Source of the DNA: Promethearchaeia archaeon
GTDB taxonomy: Archaea; Asgardarchaeota; Lokiarchaeia; Sigyniarchaeales; SOKP01
Length of the DNA: 64,000 bases
Assembly (NCBI GenBank): GCA_029856125.1
Contig: JAHQWJ010000009.1
Coordinates: 1-64,000 of the forward strand
Direction: 5' to 3'
Shown here one piece after another: positions 29,206-40,000 of this stretch. Position numbers and translations under genes: made by a program. How positions within the stretch are numbered: the first letter of the stretch is position 1; the number at the start of each line of letters is the position of its first letter. Under the pieces are notes generated by a model. The model was not told the origin of the DNA. It made no database searches and saw only the letters and a list, made by a program, of their open reading frames with translations.

Positions 29206-29721
29206 TTGGAAGCTAAAACAGTTTCGCAATCAAAGGTTGAGATTGCGCAAGTAATGATGCCAGAGCACGCAAATCCCGCTGGGAACGTACACGGGGGTAA
29301 TCTTTTAAAACTTGTTGACCAAGCGGGAGCTATTGTGGCAGCGAGGCATACGCACACTAATGTAGTTACAGCATCGGTAGATCGTTTCGATTTTATTTCA
29401 CCGGCCTATATTGGTAACCTTGTTTTTATTAAAGCATCAATGAATTATGTTTCAAAAACTTCGATGGAAATTGGAGTAAGAGTGGAGGCGGAATGTCTTA
29501 AAACGGGCACTCATACCCATATTGGCTCCGCTTACCTTACATTTGTAGCTCTGGGCAAAGGCGATAAACCAACTGAAGTACCAGGACTGATTTCAGAGAC
29601 GGTAAGGGAAAAAAGACGCTTTGAGGAGGCTAAAAAAAGGAGAGAAATTAGATTACAACACGCTAAACCTCATCGTCATCGTCAACAAGCAAGTATAATT
29701 AGACCGGAAAAGTTAAAATAG
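29206..29721 (+). CDS. Acyl-CoA thioesterase (hotdog fold, YciA-like)
   Basis: ANPAGNVHGG, VVTAS, TSMEIGVRV, YLTFVAL. Confidence 0.93.
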   Translation: MEAKTVSQSKVEIAQVMMPEHANPAGNVHGGNLLKLVDQAGAIVAARHTHTNVVTASVDRFDFISPAYIGNLVFIKASMNYVSKTSMEIGVRVEAECLKTGTHTHIGSAYLTFVALGKGDKPTEVPGLISETVREKRRFEEAKKRREIRLQHAKPHRHRQQASIIRPEKLK

Positions 29722-29811
29722 ATATATATCTTTTTCTGAGTTAAAACGATTTAAAGGTTTCAAATGTAACTTTTTATTAAGCGAAGTATAGAATTATTTA
29801 TATTTAGTAAG

Positions 29812-31167
29812 GTGAGTTTGTTGGAAGAAGTTAAGAAAAAACCTGAATTAAAAAGAAGAATATCTTTATTCGGTGTTACTCTCTACGGAATTGGAAACAT
29901 CCTCGGAGCAGGCATCTATGCCTTAATTGGGGAAGTAGTAGGACATACGGGAAATATTTCGTGGTTAGTTTTTATAATAGCCTCGGTTATTGGAGCTTTA
30001 ACAGGTTTATCATATGCTGAACTGTCTGCTATGTACCCCAAAAGTGCTGCTGAGTTTGTATATACAGAAGAGGCTTTCAAAATCCGGCTTTTATCGTTTC
30101 TCTTGGGATGGATAATAATCTTTTCAGGGATATTTTCGGCAGCTACTGTTGCGTTAGGTTTCGCGAGTTATCTAGCCGCTTTAATCGGGATATCTCCGAT
30201 TTTTCTTGTTGTAACATTTGCCGTTTTACTCATAGTTATCCTAAGCCTTATTAACTTCGTTGGTATAAGGGCATCTACGTGGACAAATATTCTATTTACA
30301 TTAATTGAGGCTTCTGGACTCATCTTAATTATTATAATTGGCATACCGTATTTAGGTAGCGTCAACTATTTTGTTCTCCCTATAGGAAGCTCCTTTGGGT
30401 CTATTTTTTCGGCGGTCGCTTTAATATTTTTTGCGTATATTGGGTTCGAGGATATCGCAAATGTCGCTGAAGAAGTTAAAAAACCAGCTAGAAACCTTCC
30501 TCGAGCTATAATTTATTCAATTATTGTTACAACAGTTCTATATTGTTTAACTGCGATATCAGTAGTTAGCATTCTACCTTATGACGAGATTGCAAACTCT
30601 CAAGCTCCTTTAAGCAGCGTTGTTTCTGCAGTATTAGGTCCTATTGGAGGAATACTCATGTCGTTTATTGCTCTCTTTGCTACAGCAAACACCGTTCTGA
30701 TAATGATGATTGTCACTTCCAGAATGATGTACGGAATGGCAAGAGATAAAGCGTTACCAGAAGGATTAAGCAAGGTATCGACTAAATTTAAAACACCCGC
30801 TTTAGCTGTATTAGCAACGATGATTTTAACGATAATTCCTTTAGGCTTATATTTTATTGGGGACATATCTACTGTCGCAGAGGCTACTGTTTTTGGAGTG
30901 CTAATTACTTTTTTCCTCGTGAATCTAAGCTTAATAGTTTTGCGTAAGAAAAAACCCGAGCTTGAACGACCCTTTAAACTAAAACCAAATATCCGTTGGC
31001 TGCCAATAGTTTCACTACTAGGATGTATTGCTTGCTTCGGATTATTTTTTTCATTTGCAAATTTAGAAGGTCTATTGACAATAATTATTCAGGCAATTAT
31101 CGTATTATGTGGAGTAGTAGTTTTTTACGCAATGAAATCAAAAATCGAAACAAAAGCCAGTAAATAA
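29812..31167 (+). CDS. APC-family amino acid permease
   Basis: ILGAGIY, YAELS, FFAYIGFE, EEVKKP, SRMMYGMARD. Confidence 0.93.
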   Translation: MSLLEEVKKKPELKRRISLFGVTLYGIGNILGAGIYALIGEVVGHTGNISWLVFIIASVIGALTGLSYAELSAMYPKSAAEFVYTEEAFKIRLLSFLLGWIIIFSGIFSAATVALGFASYLAALIGISPIFLVVTFAVLLIVILSLINFVGIRASTWTNILFTLIEASGLILIIIIGIPYLGSVNYFVLPIGSSFGSIFSAVALIFFAYIGFEDIANVAEEVKKPARNLPRAIIYSIIVTTVLYCLTAISVVSILPYDEIANSQAPLSSVVSAVLGPIGGILMSFIALFATANTVLIMMIVTSRMMYGMARDKALPEGLSKVSTKFKTPALAVLATMILTIIPLGLYFIGDISTVAEATVFGVLITFFLVNLSLIVLRKKKPELERPFKLKPNIRWLPIVSLLGCIACFGLFFSFANLEGLLTIIIQAIIVLCGVVVFYAMKSKIETKASK

Positions 31168-31185
31168 ATCAAAAGTGCTTATAAA

Positions 31186-31353
31186 TTAATCATATTTGTC
31201 TTTCCACTTTTTTTGCCTTTCTTCACTGTCCCCTTTCATTTTGCAAGTTTTATGAATTTGGTCCTGCATTTCCCATTGTTTATCTAATTCGTCTTCAGGG
31301 TCGTCTTCCATCTTGTCATTTTCTTTATTGGATTCTTTATTATCTTTGCTCAT
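31186..31353 (-). CDS. Small charged hypothetical protein (55 aa)
   Basis: Not in track; MSKDNKESNKENDKMEDDPEDELDKQWEMQDQIHKTCKMKGDSEERQKKWKDKYD*; SD AGGTGA 6 nt upstream. Confidence 0.65.
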   Translation of the reverse strand: MSKDNKESNKENDKMEDDPEDELDKQWEMQDQIHKTCKMKGDSEERQKKWKDKYD

Positions 31354-31364
31354 TTTTTTCACCT

Positions 31365-32123
31365 TTAGGCATCAAGATACTCGTATAATTTATCTATCTT
31401 ACTATATCCCACTACATCATCTCTTAAATAGATTTGGAAGGGTAAATCCATATTTCTATAAGGCTTTAGGATATTGAGTAGTGTAAAATGTTCTGGTTTT
31501 TGAAACTTAAGCTTATTTTCTTCACCAATGCCATCGGAGTACTGATATTGTTGAAGGACAAAATTCCCTCGGAACTTATTTTTTCTTAGGAATAAAATAA
31601 TCTTATCAATATCGTTAGATTTCATCAAATTTCCCACATAAGTCGTTCTTATTTCAAAATCAATATCCTCATAATTGTTTACAGTCTTAAATGTCTCAAT
31701 AATTGAGTTAAAATTCACCTGACTTCCTGTAATTTTGGCTAGTCTTTTATTATTGAGTGGACCTTTCATATCTAAGGCAACTCTGTTGATATATGGTAAC
31801 AATTCTGTAATAGATTTCGGATTTGTTCCATTTGTATCAATACTGATATATTTTCCAACATTCTTTATTTCTTTACACAATTCAAGTAAATCCTTTTGAA
31901 GCGTAGGTTCTCCTCCAGAAATGCTTACACTACTAACTAACATGTTGCTTTTAATTTGCTCCATTAATTTAGGAACGTTGATGTCTCTTCCTACGCCCTC
32001 ATGTAGTAGATATTTATTGTGACAAAATTCACAGCTTAAATTACACCCAACCGTGAATATAACCATTGTTGACCTATTAGGGATGTCTTTTGTTGATATA
32101 TCTACAATTCCCCCTACTCTCAT
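31365..32123 (-). CDS. nrdG: Anaerobic ribonucleotide reductase activating protein-like radical SAM (glycyl-radical activase family)
   Basis: GCNLSCEFCHN, SGGEPTLQ, DTNG, MKGP, FEIRTT. Confidence 0.8.
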   Translation of the reverse strand: MRVGGIVDISTKDIPNRSTMVIFTVGCNLSCEFCHNKYLLHEGVGRDINVPKLMEQIKSNMLVSSVSISGGEPTLQKDLLELCKEIKNVGKYISIDTNGTNPKSITELLPYINRVALDMKGPLNNKRLAKITGSQVNFNSIIETFKTVNNYEDIDFEIRTTYVGNLMKSNDIDKIILFLRKNKFRGNFVLQQYQYSDGIGEENKLKFQKPEHFTLLNILKPYRNMDLPFQIYLRDDVVGYSKIDKLYEYLDA

Positions 32124-33022
32124 TGAACGTATTCCTCCCTTACAAATTTTTCAACCGCACTTAATTGTAATGAAAAGGGTTCGATTGATTCCATTTTAAG
32201 CGAGGTTAACGCTGCAGAAAACCTTAAGGAATCTTCTGGACTTTTGGTTATTCGCGATCCTAAATAACTTATAAAGGCAGTATCTCCTCTACCTGTCCTT
32301 CCAATATTACTTATGTTTTTCCAAGGAAAGTAGTACGATTCATCTCTTAAAGTTAAGTTTATTCCGTTTTTGTGGGTGATAAGAACTTCTCTCGGACCTA
32401 GTTTGATTAGCTCCTTTCCTGCTTTTGGTAAAGAAGATAGGTTTGTAAGGACTTTTGCTTCAGTTTCGTCAACTTTTAAGTAATCCACTTTAGATATTAT
32501 TTCAACCTTCTCTTTTTCAGTCAAGCTGAAATTTTGCATCTTACTATCCTTTACACCTCTAATAAACCCTTGAATGTCAAGCCCCAATCTGCCGTTATAT
32601 CTCTCATTCAAATATTTTAGCAGCTCTAAATTAATTTCACCAGCAATTATCGAACCTATAACAAAAAATTTTGTTTTAATATCTGGGATTTCTTCCTTAT
32701 TAAACGCACCCGCAAAACCTAAAGGCTCATAACTTCTAGATTCCATATTTTGCGAGGAGTATATGTTTTTAATTCCTGAAGTTTCTTTAGCTGGATACGC
32801 AAAGTATTTGATATTGTTTTTCTCAAATGAATCCAAAATTTGGTAATCTTCGGCCTTCAACCGCGTAATGATCGCTACTTTTAATCCCATTCGACTACCA
32901 GCTAGCCCGCCGTAATATACGGCACCTCCCAATACCGGTTTGCTCACTCCGTCGATTTCTATAATATCTTTTGCTACATGCCCAATTATTACAATATCTG
33001 ACTCAAATACTTCTTTATCCAT
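32120..33022 (-). CDS. PfkB-family carbohydrate kinase
   Basis: GGAVYY, DIQG, RTGRGDT. Confidence 0.88.
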   Translation of the reverse strand: MDKEVFESDIVIIGHVAKDIIEIDGVSKPVLGGAVYYGGLAGSRMGLKVAIITRLKAEDYQILDSFEKNNIKYFAYPAKETSGIKNIYSSQNMESRSYEPLGFAGAFNKEEIPDIKTKFFVIGSIIAGEINLELLKYLNERYNGRLGLDIQGFIRGVKDSKMQNFSLTEKEKVEIISKVDYLKVDETEAKVLTNLSSLPKAGKELIKLGPREVLITHKNGINLTLRDESYYFPWKNISNIGRTGRGDTAFISYLGSRITKSPEDSLRFSAALTSLKMESIEPFSLQLSAVEKFVREEYVQ

Positions 33023-33363
33023 AATGAATGGTTTTAAAATGAACTATTTGTTTAAGAAATTATCTTTTTTAATTTATAAAGTAAGAAATTTCTCGAAATA
33101 AGATTTAAAAAAAGTTGTAAGAAAAATAATTTAATAAAATTACTCGTAAATTAATAAAGGATTTTCCTTTGGATTGTTTAGAATACTATCTAAAATTTTC
33201 TGAACAGATTTCAAAGAAAATGAGCTTAAACCGACAAAAAATGAGACTTAATAAGAGTCCAAGAGTTCAGTTAAAGTTTTAGATAAGAAACTAATAATAT
33301 ACTTTTAACCTTATTTTATTTAATTAAAAACTCAAATAAAAATAAATTAATGAAAAATAAAAG

Positions 33364-33702
33364 GTGGTTAGCGTGATTGAAGAACAATTATATGTGCTTG
33401 AAGAGAAAGAGGATAATTCAGATAGAAAAGCAAAAATTGAGAGTAAAAATACCTTTATGGGTAAATATTATGCGTATTTATTACATAAAAAACCTTTGAA
33501 AGCTCTATTAATCGCAGGTGCAATTTTAGGGTTTATTGTATCAATTTATCTTATGGTTGGAGGAGGGCTTTCGTGGTGGTGGATTCCGCTTAGTACAATG
33601 TTTATCGGACCAATAGGTTTAGTCTTTTTTGCTTTGATACTTCCATTCATTCCTTACATCCTTTATGGCATACTGATAGTTATCCTCGAGATGCTGAGTT
33701 GA
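33364..33702 (+). CDS. Hypothetical membrane protein (start possibly 33373)
   Basis: Charged N-terminus, 2-3 TMs, SD-like AGGTGG. Confidence 0.55.
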   Translation: MVSVIEEQLYVLEEKEDNSDRKAKIESKNTFMGKYYAYLLHKKPLKALLIAGAILGFIVSIYLMVGGGLSWWWIPLSTMFIGPIGLVFFALILPFIPYILYGILIVILEMLS

Positions 33703-33786
33703 GAAAATCAATCTGACATTCATCTATTTTAGTTTATTATTATAGACGCAATTCTTAAAGAGGGATGTTCATTTACCTTTTTAACA

Positions 33787-33993
33787 ATGCATAAACGGAA
33801 AAAAGATTTTTTAAAATATACACTTCTTTTTATTATATTTTTAATAGCTGTTATCTTAGCTATCGTATTTCTAGTGACAGCTGAGTTTAACAATTGGATA
33901 GAGTATCAAATTTCTATTATTGTAATGGTAACATTAATCTTCTTTATGAGTTTTTTCTTTTTTTCCGCATTCCATTACATTATCCGAAAATGA
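33787..33993 (+). CDS. Small two-TM hypothetical protein
   Basis: Basic N-terminus plus two hydrophobic helices. Confidence 0.45.
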   Translation: MHKRKKDFLKYTLLFIIFLIAVILAIVFLVTAEFNNWIEYQISIIVMVTLIFFMSFFFFSAFHYIIRK

Positions 33994-34021
33994 TTTGCAT
34001 TTAACGCAATACTCTTAGTAT

Positions 34022-34747
34022 TTAGTTTATTGGAATCAAATTTATTACTGCGTTGGTTATAGCTTTTACAAGAGTTTCTGTAAGTTTGAAGTCTAATCGA
34101 ATACTCTTTGCTACCTCAATTTGAAGTGCGTTTATTTGGCTTTTTTTAAAAAACTGCTGAGTGATATATCCCCCCGAATAAGATAAATTATGTTCAGTTA
34201 AGGCCAGGCCGTCATCCATTTTAAAATACTTTGAAATCTCGGTTTGCAACTGTGAACAACCCCAATATTTTTTACAATCTTGTTTGTTTGAATCTTCTAA
34301 TAAGTCGAGGGTTTTCCCGAAGATGTGACCAAAAATTACATCTGGATATTCTTTATAGGGTTTTGTATATCCATGAAAATCTATTATTAACGCTCTTCCG
34401 TAATTTGTTACACACTCTTGAGCGAAATCGTTTAAAAGTTCTTGATAAGAATGAAAAATCGTCTTGGCTTCAATAGATGTAGGATTGAAGGCACTCTCTG
34501 ATTGCGAGGGCCTGTTTAAATCTACTTTAGTTCTGTGGATTTTGTTAAGAATGTAAAAGATTCGGATATTATTAACTTTTAATAAACTTATAATCAACTT
34601 TGCGATGAAGTAAGTATTCTTGTCAGCAATTCGAGGACCGAATGCTTTATCTGGTATTCTATTTGGCTTTTTGTAACCTCCATGAGGGCAAGATAGGATA
34701 ACAGGTGTGTTGCCTTTTTCGAATTCAAAATATCTACTAAAGTCCAT
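34022..34747 (-). CDS. N-formylglutamate amidohydrolase-like protein
   Basis: PHGG, VDLNR, DFHG, YSGGYIT, ALQIE. Confidence 0.85.
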   Translation of the reverse strand: MDFSRYFEFEKGNTPVILSCPHGGYKKPNRIPDKAFGPRIADKNTYFIAKLIISLLKVNNIRIFYILNKIHRTKVDLNRPSQSESAFNPTSIEAKTIFHSYQELLNDFAQECVTNYGRALIIDFHGYTKPYKEYPDVIFGHIFGKTLDLLEDSNKQDCKKYWGCSQLQTEISKYFKMDDGLALTEHNLSYSGGYITQQFFKKSQINALQIEVAKSIRLDFKLTETLVKAITNAVINLIPIN

Positions 34748-35012
34748 TCAAGTTTAAAAATTATTTCCAAGTAATAAATTTTGATAAATTAATTTGAGAT
34801 TTGAGATTTATTATAATCCAGTTTATTTTGAGGTGTGATTAACTTCAAGGATTATTTTGTCGTTGTGGAATTTAAGCTCATTCTTTAAATTATTAGTTTA
34901 TTTCATTATTAGCTTAACAATTATTTTCAAAATGTTTTTTAATTTTGAAAATTTTAATTTATTACATTTAAGTAAATTTAGTTATTACCATTTAAATGAG
35001 GTAAGGGATAAA

Positions 35013-35300
35013 TTGGCTATTGATGATTTGATAAGTTTTTTAAAGAAGAAAGGTTTTAGGGATACATTGGAAGTCCTTATGAACTCTAAAGGGCATAAAA
35101 TCGATAAACACTCCTTTTATAACGAATTGAACAAGTTCAGCTACTATAATTCGTATTTCCGAGTTAAAGAGGATTTAATTGACAGGGGATTGATTACGAT
35201 TGAGCAAAACAACAAAAAGAAGTTCGTAAAATTAACATCTAAAGGGTTGGATGTTTATAATAGATTAGAAGAAATCAATAATCTAATAAACAATAAATAG
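35013..35300 (+). CDS. Small winged-helix DNA-binding protein; likely start TTG 35013
   Basis: LIDRGLI...KLTSKG wing motif; GAGGTAA SD upstream of 35013. Confidence 0.72.
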   Translation: MAIDDLISFLKKKGFRDTLEVLMNSKGHKIDKHSFYNELNKFSYYNSYFRVKEDLIDRGLITIEQNNKKKFVKLTSKGLDVYNRLEEINNLINNK

Positions 35301-35407
35301 ACTTCACTTAATACTAAAATCTACATATTCTAAGCGATTATTTTTAATCTTTCTTTCTTTTTTTATTAATAAGATATGATTACCTAATTAGAAGGAGTTA
35401 AGAAAAA

Positions 35408-36040
35408 ATGATTTTCAAAAAGCTTATCGTAGGACAATTGGGTACTAATTGCTACATTTTTGGGTCAGATAAAACAAAAGAAGTTGTTGTAATCGATCCT
35501 GGAGGAAACGCCGAAGCAATAATAAATAGTGTTGATGAATTGAACGGAAAACCAATTGCAGTTTTATTAACGCACGGTCATTTCGATCACACAACAAAAG
35601 TAGGTAAAATACTTCGCCATTTTCAAATACCATTGATGTTCAATAAAAAAGAATACGATTCTGGAACATTTAAACAAAAAGAAGCTAATCGGTGGCTAGT
35701 TGAGGGCGACATTATTAAAATCGGAGAGATTAACCTCCTTACTTTAGAAACGCCAGGTCATAGTCCTGGATCTTTATGCTTTTACACTTCCGATGTTGAT
35801 AAGTTTAAAGGAAATGAAATTAGCGGCATAGTCTTCACGGGTGATTTACTTTTTAGAGGTAGTATTGGAAGATCGGATTTTCCGGGTGGGAATCAGAATT
35901 TATTATTTGAAAGCATACGAAAGAAGATTATGTATAACAAAGGAATAAACGATAACTTTATCGTGTGCCCAGGGCATATGGGTTTATCAACTGTAGGAGA
36001 AGAAAGAGCAAATAACATGTTTAAGAAATTTTTTCTCTAA
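35408..36040 (+). CDS. MBL-fold metallo-hydrolase (glyoxalase II-like)
   Basis: TNCY, IDPG, THGHFDH, TPGHSPGS, FTGDLLF, PGH. Confidence 0.93.
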   Translation: MIFKKLIVGQLGTNCYIFGSDKTKEVVVIDPGGNAEAIINSVDELNGKPIAVLLTHGHFDHTTKVGKILRHFQIPLMFNKKEYDSGTFKQKEANRWLVEGDIIKIGEINLLTLETPGHSPGSLCFYTSDVDKFKGNEISGIVFTGDLLFRGSIGRSDFPGGNQNLLFESIRKKIMYNKGINDNFIVCPGHMGLSTVGEERANNMFKKFFL

Positions 36041-36106
36041 TTTTTGAAAAAATCCACATAAAAGCAAACAATTTTATCATATAGGATCAAGAAAATAAAA
36101 GATTGA

Positions 36107-36391
36107 TTACTTAAGGATAATTAGAATAAGTTGTTCTTCAAGAGCAATCATAGTCTCTCCCTTATTTGTTTCCAGGCGAATAAACTTCAAGCCTCCTTCC
36201 TTTAAAGCCTCTACGACTTGTTTTCCTTTACCGATTAGTGATGTAACATAAGCTGAAATTTCTTCGCTTATTTCGATATCCATGTTAGAATCTATAGGTA
36301 AACCACTCGAATCGCAGATTATAACGCCCCTGATCCCCTCTCTTTCCTCAAATTTTCTTATGATAGCCTTGACTTCTTGTCTATTTATCAC
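36107..36391 (-). CDS. Roadblock/LC7 domain protein
   Basis: EGIRGVIICDSSGLPIDS, IRLETNKGE. Confidence 0.88.
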   Translation of the reverse strand: MINRQEVKAIIRKFEEREGIRGVIICDSSGLPIDSNMDIEISEEISAYVTSLIGKGKQVVEALKEGGLKFIRLETNKGETMIALEEQLILIILK

Positions 36392-36652
36392 GTTAAATCA
36401 AATATTTAAGTTAATTTTGATGATATAATTATAATATGTTCCCTATTTAAAAAATTATCATCTTCTTTTAATTCTTTTAATGTGTTGTAAATAATTAAGC
36501 GGTATTTTAGAAAAAAAAGCTTGAGATACTCGAAGGAAAATAAATTTAAATTAGTTTAATCTATATATATATTTAAGTATTGAACTACAAGATTTAGATA
36601 AGCTAATTCAGAATTCAAACTTATAACTAAAAAAATAAAGAGTAGTGTAACT

Positions 36653-37006
36653 ATGTTCGACAAGGAAGTTATCGAAAAGAAATTAGCAAAATTATTTGAT
36701 GTCGTCCCTGAAACTGAGGGCTTAATTGCTTCTGATCTGGAAGGAAAAGTAATCACAGGACAAACTATTACAGATATGGACCACAATGGGATCGCAAAAG
36801 CATGTACTACACTTCTAAAAAATGTAAATGCTTTAGGAGAAACCACAGGTAAAGGAGGCATAAAAACAGCAATTATAGAATTAGAAGAAGGATATGCAGT
36901 AATTGTTAGTTCTGATAACGGGATTTTAATCGCTTTAGCAGGATTAGATGGTAAAGCGTCCTTATCTCTTCTTAAAAGAAACCTAATTTCAATTTCAAAC
37001 TTATAA
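36653..37006 (+). CDS. Roadblock/LC7 (MglB-like) domain protein
   Basis: VPETEGLIASDLEGKVI, IELEEGYAVI. Confidence 0.82.
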   Translation: MFDKEVIEKKLAKLFDVVPETEGLIASDLEGKVITGQTITDMDHNGIAKACTTLLKNVNALGETTGKGGIKTAIIELEEGYAVIVSSDNGILIALAGLDGKASLSLLKRNLISISNL

Positions 37007-37063
37007 ATTTATTCCATCTTTTTTTAAAAATAAGAGAAATATAGAAGTTAACACTTCTAATAA

Positions 37064-40000
37064 TTAATCTTTAAGACCCTTTTCTTCTAATAACGAATCT
37101 AAATCTGTAGCAGGAGGTGTGTCCTTTTTCTCGGCTTCTGGTTTTTTCTGTTTTTTCTTCTTGGAACGTTTCTTGGTTTTTTTTTCGGTATAATCTATTG
37201 GTTGTGTTTCTGGAATTTCTTCTTTCGGTAATTCGCTCACTGCTACATATTTTCCTTTTCGTTGCTTCCTTATATCAGGTTCTTCATAAGGAGTTTCAAT
37301 TCTCTTTGTTGTCCTTTTGATATAAAAATACATGATCCCCCAGATTAAAATAAAAATAGAAATCATGAAAAGGGTAAATATGTTTAGGAAATAATCAGCA
37401 AGTTGCACATCATATATCTCAAACAACTTCGAAACCTGAAAAGTAAGTTCTTCATCAGTAATATCATTTTTTACGCCTAATGAGACAGATACATTTATCA
37501 GATCGATTGTTGGAACATCGATTTTTATCAAAATAACTGTTATATCTCCGGGTTTGAATTGTCCTAACGTTAAATAATCAATCTCAACTATGCTATATGT
37601 TAAATTGGGCAATACCCCTATAGAAATGTCAGGGACGATTACTCTGAGTTCCGAGTCTCCTATATTTTTTAATGTTAATTGAATGGTGGTTTGAGCGTTT
37701 CTATAAATCTGGTCTACATTCGATCGAAGTTCTAATGCTATATCATTCAACGCGCGATACAATAGAACAGTAACATTACGAGAGTTTTCTAAAGTATATT
37801 GATCTCCTTGCCAAGTTAAGCGAAATTTAAACTGATCATCGCTTGGTAGGCTTAATGTATCAATTTCAAAATTAGTAATACCATCTATATCCGAAATTTG
37901 AGTTGAAATGTTTTTCCATATTCCATTATCATAAAATTGACAAGTAACATTCTTATTTGGAATTATATCTCCTAACTCTGTTTTTAATACAGAACTTATA
38001 TTAAACGATTGACCGTAAATCGGTGCTTGGGGTAATGTTTGAATTTCTGTAAAATCACTATTAATTTTCAGAGAAAATGAGTCAATGAATTCGTTGTAGC
38101 TACTTACGTAATTTCTATCGTAGATATTGATTATAAATGTAGTTTGATTGGGGAGATACTGACATTCATCTCTCTCAAAAGGCTTCGTAATTGTAGCTGC
38201 TGTAATATCGCTGTCTGATTTTAAAGCGATGATATAACCTTCAAACACATCCTCTGTACTGTTGATAATTAGGGAGTATTCATCGCTTTCAAAAGTATCA
38301 ACCTCATAACTTTCACCACCGTATTCGATAAAAATTGTGACTCTTGTTTTTGCTCCTCCTTTTCTTATTGGGGCATTTACTCCGTGCCAAATTCCATCTC
38401 CGGGAAGTGTTGGTATTGCGATATCAACGGAAAAATCTTGGGTGTCTTCGCCATCGGGATCAATACTTGGTTTTAAAGTCTTGAGATCAGTCGTCTGTTC
38501 AGCAATTATCCATTCTTGATTAACTAAAGATACAAGTTGTACGTTAACTCTTAGATCAATGTCAATAAAGTCATGCATATTTTGAATTCTTGTGCTAATT
38601 CGGATATTTTCGTTAGGATTTAAAATGGTTTCGTTTTGCAGAAAGCTTTCAATTAGAATTGGAATATCATTATCGCCGACAGTATGAATAAACTCTTGAT
38701 TAATATCAGTTTTATTTACAGCGTAAAATAAAGGGTAGTATTTATCATCCGTGACATTAACGGTACCGATTAAGATTGAATATTCTTCATCAGCATCCAC
38801 CCTAACGACACTTCCATCGAGAATATTTTGGTTCAATGTTGGTTGGAAGATTAAATTATTCATCTCGACATCGTACTTATTAATAAACAACTTAAGTTTC
38901 TGACATCCTATCGCAGAGCCATTTTCCCAGAAGAATCCTAAATAATAATTACCAAGAACGGGTATAGCGTTTGTCACGTCGTAAATAGATTGATTATTGA
39001 AGTCGTAAATTAGAGAATTTCCGTTAATTATTCCTGATCCTGAATTTAATTCAGCCCCAGGTACTTTTGTTGAATTATTTGGATAAAAAAGAACCACGTT
39101 AGCGTTACCACTAATAGGAGGATTAGAATTAGGATCACTTATATCGAGTTTTACTGATACATTATCTCCATACATAAATCCGTTAGTTTCCCAAAGAATG
39201 TCATTGTAATTAATATAACTATTCATATCAGATATGAGGTTGCTACTAGTGAGGTTAAGTGAGTAAATTCCGCTTATACCGTCTATAATATCGTTTGATA
39301 CTGAAATGAATTCGAATGAAGGTCGATTGGGCAGTGGTTTTTCTCCGCCTGTCTCGTTTACGACATTCTCGAAAATTTCAACGGAATTTGGATTCGTTAA
39401 GTTTTTTGCATTATAGTCGCTTGGGAATAAATACCAAAATTCCAGTAAATTCCAGTTATCGAAGTTTTTATAGCCTGTGTTCAAAGTATAGTTTAACTCC
39501 CATATCGGAGTAGTATCGTATGACACTCGATATGCACTATTAGCTTGTTCTATCCAGTATCCTTTTACCATGTAGGTAACATTAAAGTTAAAACCTTGAA
39601 TTTTGCTATTGTTCCATGTCAAGTCTATTTGGAAATTATACGAAGGATTGTTAGCAATTGAAGTAGTAAAATTATAATCCCATTGACCTAAACCCCATGT
39701 TAAGGAAGAACTTGTATCATAAGGAGCACTATTATTGATCTGGTTAATAATAGGAATGTCTTGAATCTTTAAAGTATCTTGACTATCGTCAGGATTCGTA
39801 AAATCTGAGGGCATATATGCTCTAGTGACATTCAATTTAAAAGCTGCTGCGTCAAGTATTTGAGAGTCATAGGTTGGTGTAGCAATAACTTGCTTTCTAG
39901 CTACATTCCATGATAATCCACTGTTACTGCTTGTTCTTAGTTGATGATCTACAGTCAAATCAGGATCGCCAAAGTCTTCCCTGGGTATCGTAACTAAACT

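Noticed and set aside
34857-35012. N-terminal extension of the wHTH ORF in the track
   Set aside because: AT-rich promoter-like sequence; the SD and domain boundary support the TTG at 35013
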